From contig JAVJNR010000004.1 of assembly GCA_040217195.1 (NCBI GenBank), positions 256,001-320,000 of the forward strand: DNA of 64,000 nt. The letters are read 5' to 3'. Of the stretch, positions 58,935 through 64,000 are shown in pieces. Each line of letters starts with the position of its first letter. The stretch's first letter is position 1. The translations under genes were made by a program, and so were the position numbers. Under the pieces are notes generated by a model. The model did no database searches, was not told where the DNA came from, and saw nothing but the letters and a program-made list of their open reading frames with translations. This stretch comes from Leptospiraceae bacterium (GTDB lineage: Bacteria; Spirochaetota; Leptospiria; Leptospirales; Leptonemataceae).

Positions 58935-60230
58935 ATGACTCAGGACACCCGGGCCGGGGATCTGGCCTACGCCGATGCCAGAGATCGGTTGGAAGCAGAA
59001 ATCGAACGCTTTGCCCGTCAGAGCGGGCAGACAAGTCTTGAAGTCCCTGGCCTGACCTTCGAAAAAGGAGAAACCCGGTTCGAATTCCTGCCAGAAGATC
59101 TTCCAGAAGAGAAGATACTGGAAGGACTGAAAGTAATCAGGAACCATGTTGAGCATATTAGAGTGCATACCCTGGATCCTGGATATATTGTTTTTCAATC
59201 TCTGGGCCCCAATCTTTACGATACGAAGCACTTTCTATCCGGAATCAAATTCAAGTTTGTAAGCATCACGAACAACTTTCGCGTGGAGGCATCCAGGTCA
59301 GGAAACTTTAACGAATCAGAACTTCAGACATGCATTGAATTATTTCAGTTATTCCATCCTGCACAGAAAGAAACAGATCCTACAAAAAAACTGGAACAAC
59401 TGGGAGTTACCGTTTTTCCTCCTGTGGCCCGGGAATCCAGTAATGGAACCGAAGAAAGCAATGCCTGGGGACCGATAGCCGGATACGAATCCATTAAGCG
59501 AGAAGTGGAAGAATGCCTTCTACTTCCAGCCAGGCATATGTCTGTGTTTCAGGGAGTGGCCCAGCTCACTCGTGGCGAAGGGGCCGCCAATTTGCCAGGA
59601 GCCATTCTATTTGAGGGTCCGCCCGGTGTTGGCAAAACTACCATCGCCCGTCTGGCAGCCCAGGCCGCAGGATTACCGCTAATTTATGTACCAGTAGAAA
59701 ATATTCTGTCCAAATTCTACGGTCAGAGTGCTCAGAACCTGGCTCTCATTTTTGACACTGCCAGCTTATTCGAACGGGGAATTCTATTTCTGGATGAAAT
59801 AGATGCTCTGGCTACCTCCCGGGAAAGCGGACTTTTTGAGGCTACCCGAAGAGTACTCTCCGTGCTTCTGCGTAAGATTGATGGACTGGATCGTACCGGC
59901 GGATTGCTGACTGTGGGGGCCACAAACCGGGCCGAAGACCTGGATCATGCGCTACTGAGCAGATTCGATCAGATTCTAAGATTTCCATTACCCAATGAGC
60001 CAGAACGTGCCTCCATATTTCAGTCCTATGCTTCTCATCTGAGCCCGGAAGCATTGTCTGTACTGGGCCGGGAATCCGATGGTCTTTCCGGGCGCACCAT
60101 TCAGGACATTTGCGAAAGCGCGGAGCGACGTTGGGCCAGGCAATTGATAGAAAAGAAACAGGCCTTGAGCTCCCCAGAGGCCGAAACCTACATCCGGGTG
60201 CTGAAGGAGAAAAAGGCAGGAATGATTTAA
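58935..60230 (+). CDS. AAA+ ATPase (single AAA domain)
   Basis: GPPGVGKT, FLDEID, GATNR, SRF. Confidence 0.92.
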   Translation: MTQDTRAGDLAYADARDRLEAEIERFARQSGQTSLEVPGLTFEKGETRFEFLPEDLPEEKILEGLKVIRNHVEHIRVHTLDPGYIVFQSLGPNLYDTKHFLSGIKFKFVSITNNFRVEASRSGNFNESELQTCIELFQLFHPAQKETDPTKKLEQLGVTVFPPVARESSNGTEESNAWGPIAGYESIKREVEECLLLPARHMSVFQGVAQLTRGEGAANLPGAILFEGPPGVGKTTIARLAAQAAGLPLIYVPVENILSKFYGQSAQNLALIFDTASLFERGILFLDEIDALATSRESGLFEATRRVLSVLLRKIDGLDRTGGLLTVGATNRAEDLDHALLSRFDQILRFPLPNEPERASIFQSYASHLSPEALSVLGRESDGLSGRTIQDICESAERRWARQLIEKKQALSSPEAETYIRVLKEKKAGMI

Positions 60231-60292
60231 TTTTTTGTGCACTGCAATAAAAAATGGATTTGACCGGAGCAAAGTGCTCGTTACATTGATTC

Positions 60293-60373
60293 CAGCGTGC
60301 AGCGCATTTGCGCCAATCGCTTTTCGCATGAACACTCTTCCTGCCCCCGGATTCCCCCCCGGGGGTTTTTTTT
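60293..60373 (+). ncRNA. candidate small RNA of about 80 nt
   Basis: TTGACC-N16-TACATT promoter at 60260-60287, then the terminator; no convincing ORF inside. Confidence 0.4.
60344..60373 (+). terminator. intrinsic terminator
   Basis: CCCCCGG/CCGGGGG stem followed by eight T. Confidence 0.85.
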
Positions 60374-60776
60374 GTACTCCTACCAGGCTAGAAATTCCCG
60401 GTTTCAGGTCGGAAATTAACTCTCTTTGATGCACCGCCCCCAGGCTCGATCTTTCGAGACTGATCTTCTAATTAGAAGAAACCCTGTACGGAGCTCCCAC
60501 CCGACCTCAGATGCAAGACTAACTGATTCCAGATAGGTCGACCCTCACTGCAGACCCGCGCCTCAAAACCAGGAAATAAGCCCTGAACCCCTTCAACCGG
60601 CCCGCACCGCCAGGCCTGTTCTAGAGCATATTGCTTACTGGGCGACCAATCAGCCCTTCATTTGACAAGTATTTTTTTGGTCTGAAAACGTCTTTTGATT
60701 GCATCGCCCTATTGCAGGGTACCAATATTGAAAAAAAAATTTAGAAACCCGCGGTTTTGTCATAAAATTGCTTGCC

Positions 60777-60798
60777 ACTGACCGGCTGGCCAGTCAGT
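60777..60798. promoter_or_regulatory. 22-bp dyad ACTGACCGGC-TG-GCCAGTCAGT within the promoter TTGCCA-N17-CAGTAT
   Basis: Arms match at 9 of 10 positions; spans the spacer and -10 upstream of the large lipoprotein gene. Confidence 0.6.
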
Positions 60799-60821
60799 AT
60801 ATGGGTATGGGGATGATGTTC

Positions 60822-63698
60822 ATGTATAGATTTTTGGCTCTGGCTTTAATATTCACCATCGGATGTAGCGGGGAGGACTCCAGTTCTCCTATTTTAATCT
60901 TTCAGCCTGTTACGGAGGAGCCTGCGGATTCCCGTACGCCCATCAGTTCTAATCCAGGACCCATAGAACTTCCCGACCCCCCTCCTTCCTTTGGAAATGC
61001 AGGACCGGAAGCATTCTTGAGGATTTCTCCCAGGGGTCAGGATCATCACGGGGAGTTTGAAATCATTTTTTCTCATCCAATGGATCTGGCCTCCGTGCAA
61101 TCTGGCTTTAGCCTGATCTCTGATGGAGGAGTCAGCCCGGCAGGGCCTGCCCCGGGAGGTACACTGACATTCCTGAACTACAGACAGGCCATTTTCACTC
61201 CCTATGCTCCGCTGCAGGAGAATGAAGGCTATCAGGTAAGCTTGCCTGCTTCGGTTCAAACCTCCGGCGGCGATTCCCTGATTTCAGACAGTCAGCAGCT
61301 TTCTTTCCATACACGTCCCTGGTTTGAGATGCAACATACAGTAAACGGAATGCCCCATGGACAAAGAGGCATTGCAATTGATAATAGCGGAAGCCCGGCC
61401 GTCATTCTTTCCTCAACCTGGACCAACGGTGGATTTATCTCGCGAATCAGTCTGCATCGGCTTTCTGGAGGGGAAATCGAAATCTGTACCGACTGTAGTG
61501 CAGAAAGCTACACCCTGAATCTGGCCGGCTCATCCATTCCTCCAGAAGTTGGCATAAGTCAGTACTATTATCAAATTGAAGCAGAAGATGGAACGGTAAG
61601 GCACTATCCCTTCGCATTTTCCTATGGAGATATGGCTGCCTCCCCCGGCGCCATGCAAAGTGGAACAGCCGCTGCATTTCTGGATGGCCAGTATCTACTG
61701 CCTACTTTGAGCCGCACCCTTGAAAGATTCGCAGCCCAGCACTTTCTACTTAACGGGAATACATTCAATAACTTCGCAAATGAATCCATGACATCCACAA
61801 AGCGATCTGGCTGTATCGATTATGGAGGTTTCTCCTTTGTTCGCTCCTATGGAAATGGCCCCGGGGCCAACGGAGATGGCTACTGTGGATACTTCGTAGA
61901 TGATGGAGCCGAGCTTTGCGCGGATGTGGGGCTTGTCGAGATCTGCTCGGATAGTGATGTAACTCTGGACGTATATGTTACGGCAGTGAATATTCCGGCA
62001 ACCAGCGATGGAAACGAAAACATCCAGGCAGATATCTCCGTACCTGCTGGCACCGAAAATGCTCGAGTAAGTCTCAGTGCGCGAAAGGCCTATCTGGATC
62101 TGCGAATTGTGGCCAACCTCGAGGATGGACTGGTTTGCGTAGGCGCTTGCATCGTTTCGGAAAATACCAAGATCGAATTTAGTGCGAAAGCAGAACTGAA
62201 CCGGGACCATCCGAATAGCCCCAGAACATCGGTCTCTCTGGCAAACATTGAATCCTTGAGCGATGGAAGCCTCACACTGACAATCAATGAGCCCTATGGT
62301 TCTCCCAACTTCGTCTGGAGCGATTGGACCGACCACCTTACTGTGTATGATTTATCCTTCGTAGACAGTACAAGCTGGGTAGCCGACCTACTGTCCAGCG
62401 TCGTAGAGTCAATAGGCAACGACATTGTTCCCCTGGTAAAACCTGATATAGTTCGAGATGTTCTGAAAGATTTTAAACAGCGAATCGCAATCAACGTCTT
62501 GAATGCATTCTTGAGTTCTCTTGCCAGCCAGGGTGTTACCCTCGGCCTGCCTTCCTACTTGCCTGCTCCGCTGAATCAACTGGATCTGGCTGTTCGCATT
62601 CAATTGGAACAGAACTCGGATTTGATCAAGTCGCTTAGCTGGAAAGATGGAGGATTCCTTTCGAGCCTGCAGGCGGGGATGTTTGTCACAAATAATTGCG
62701 GAACCTGTGAAACTCCATCGGATGTTATCTCTCCGGCTCTGCAGGGGCCACAAAGCTTCATTTCCAATCCTTACACTCTGGATCCGAGCTATTTAATGAA
62801 TAAGAGCAGCACTCAGCCCGGGACTCTGCTAGCTTTACACGAAGATTCATTGAATCAATTGCTTTATGAGCTCTGGAGTAAAGGAGGATTGAACCTGACT
62901 CTGGATGAGCCATTCATTACTCAGGTAAACTCCTATGCCGGCGAAATTCCATCTTTGACTTTAACTTCCAGTCTGCTTCGTGCTGGAACACTCCTCAATG
63001 TTCTGGCTCCTGGACGAGACACTCTTATCAGACTGGACGGCGGAGCTTCGGTTACCATAAATGATGACGATGCGGTGGAGCTGCGATTACGTCCCAGACA
63101 GGTACCATACATTCGAATGCTACCCAGCTTCACTCCAGGCGGAACCCGTGAGCTTCAACTGCAGGTATCGGATCTAGAGATTCAAATATGGGGAACCCAG
63201 GGACCGTCAGTAGAGTATCTGATGGCCACAATCATGGCCCATGCAACGGTAAATGGCACAGTGGATCTGGTTGGGTTCAGCAATCCAACATCCAATCCGT
63301 CGCTAAACAATCTTCAGGCACTGAATGTAGCACTAAGCACGGATGAGCTCTACTATACCATTCAGGTAATGGATGGGGCGTCACAGAATCCCATGGGATT
63401 GAGCCCGGATCAGGTCCAGCAGGTGGCATTGCCTCTGGTAAGATCGTTGATCGTACCTTTACTCAATAACGTGCTCAAAGAGGTACCTCTTCCGGCCACC
63501 GCCGGCCTGTCCACTTTTACCAGTGGTGGCTCCAACTGTGGACTCAACCTGAGCACCGATCGCATTCTAGTGGATAGTCTTCCCGTAAACGATACATCCG
63601 TTCCCATGATTCTGCTAAGGCTTCGCACTCCCACAAGTCTGTATCAACCTGGAATTACGAATCCGGATGTTCTGGAAAACCTGATCGGCTGCAATTAA
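60822..63698 (+). CDS. large lipoprotein: Big_5-like Ig domain plus possible BPI/LBP (TULIP)-like region
   Basis: TIGC lipobox; I.FSHPMD.ASV...F.P..PL..N..Y.V...FHT Ig-like pattern; LHEDSLNQLLYELWSKGGL and LNNVLKEVPLP. Confidence 0.8.
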   Translation: MYRFLALALIFTIGCSGEDSSSPILIFQPVTEEPADSRTPISSNPGPIELPDPPPSFGNAGPEAFLRISPRGQDHHGEFEIIFSHPMDLASVQSGFSLISDGGVSPAGPAPGGTLTFLNYRQAIFTPYAPLQENEGYQVSLPASVQTSGGDSLISDSQQLSFHTRPWFEMQHTVNGMPHGQRGIAIDNSGSPAVILSSTWTNGGFISRISLHRLSGGEIEICTDCSAESYTLNLAGSSIPPEVGISQYYYQIEAEDGTVRHYPFAFSYGDMAASPGAMQSGTAAAFLDGQYLLPTLSRTLERFAAQHFLLNGNTFNNFANESMTSTKRSGCIDYGGFSFVRSYGNGPGANGDGYCGYFVDDGAELCADVGLVEICSDSDVTLDVYVTAVNIPATSDGNENIQADISVPAGTENARVSLSARKAYLDLRIVANLEDGLVCVGACIVSENTKIEFSAKAELNRDHPNSPRTSVSLANIESLSDGSLTLTINEPYGSPNFVWSDWTDHLTVYDLSFVDSTSWVADLLSSVVESIGNDIVPLVKPDIVRDVLKDFKQRIAINVLNAFLSSLASQGVTLGLPSYLPAPLNQLDLAVRIQLEQNSDLIKSLSWKDGGFLSSLQAGMFVTNNCGTCETPSDVISPALQGPQSFISNPYTLDPSYLMNKSSTQPGTLLALHEDSLNQLLYELWSKGGLNLTLDEPFITQVNSYAGEIPSLTLTSSLLRAGTLLNVLAPGRDTLIRLDGGASVTINDDDAVELRLRPRQVPYIRMLPSFTPGGTRELQLQVSDLEIQIWGTQGPSVEYLMATIMAHATVNGTVDLVGFSNPTSNPSLNNLQALNVALSTDELYYTIQVMDGASQNPMGLSPDQVQQVALPLVRSLIVPLLNNVLKEVPLPATAGLSTFTSGGSNCGLNLSTDRILVDSLPVNDTSVPMILLRLRTPTSLYQPGITNPDVLENLIGCN

Positions 63699-63709
63699 GA
63701 GGTTACGCT

Positions 63710-64000
63710 TTGAAGCCCATTCGAAACAAACTGATCCTGATACTGAGCCTGCTCTTTATTTCATGCAATGCAGCGGAAGAAGAGTATGATCATCTGTTCG
63801 CTCAATTGAGCGAAGATCGGTATCAGTTTTTTAATTTGCTAAATGACTATCCTGCATTAAAGTCCAGCGTTTCCAGCCTGGAGCCAGCTCTGTTCAATGA
63901 AACCATGTTTCTTAGCATGAACAGGAATCCAGCGGCCGGAGAAGGATTTTTAAGACTTCTTTCCGAGCTACTTTTAGACCTGGATCCTTCCATACAGGAT
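63710..64000 (+). CDS. lipoprotein, truncated by the window end
   Basis: Not in the ORF track. TTG start after GAGG; MKPIRNKLILILSLLFISC...; open to position 64000. Confidence 0.8.
   Translation, partial: MKPIRNKLILILSLLFISCNAAEEEYDHLFAQLSEDRYQFFNLLNDYPALKSSVSSLEPALFNETMFLSMNRNPAAGEGFLRLLSELLLDLDPSIQD

Noticed and set aside
59988..60434. 148-aa minus-strand ORF
   Set aside because: It is antisense to the AAA ATPase and crosses the terminator, with no protein-like features.

Overview
Bacterial chromosomal window, about 50% GC by eye and densely coding. The gene set and the many lipoproteins with spirochaete-style lipoboxes suggest a member of the Leptospiraceae (inference); the betaine genes suggest a salt-adapted one. 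The housekeeping backbone includes murB, mazG, nadB, ctpA, purL, fumC, gltBD, glsA, kdsD, trpEG, rarA, tmk and pduO. I found no tRNA, rRNA, CRISPR array, transposase or integrase. The most notable observations are: (1) a de novo glycine-betaine module (gsmt-sdmt) converging on a BCCT transporter; (2) a membrane protein with a voltage-sensor-like S1-S4 domain but no pore; (3) a large Ig-like lipoprotein with a BPI/LBP (TULIP)-like body, under a palindromic operator; (4) a secreted stand-alone chromo-barrel/Tudor-knot protein; (5) an orphan six-Cys bufferin-like lipopeptide; (6) an UpxY-type antiterminator with no long operon behind it; (7) a recurring leaderless promoter geometry, including a symmetric bidirectional promoter; (8) a candidate sRNA. 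All family calls come from reading motifs by eye; no searches were run.
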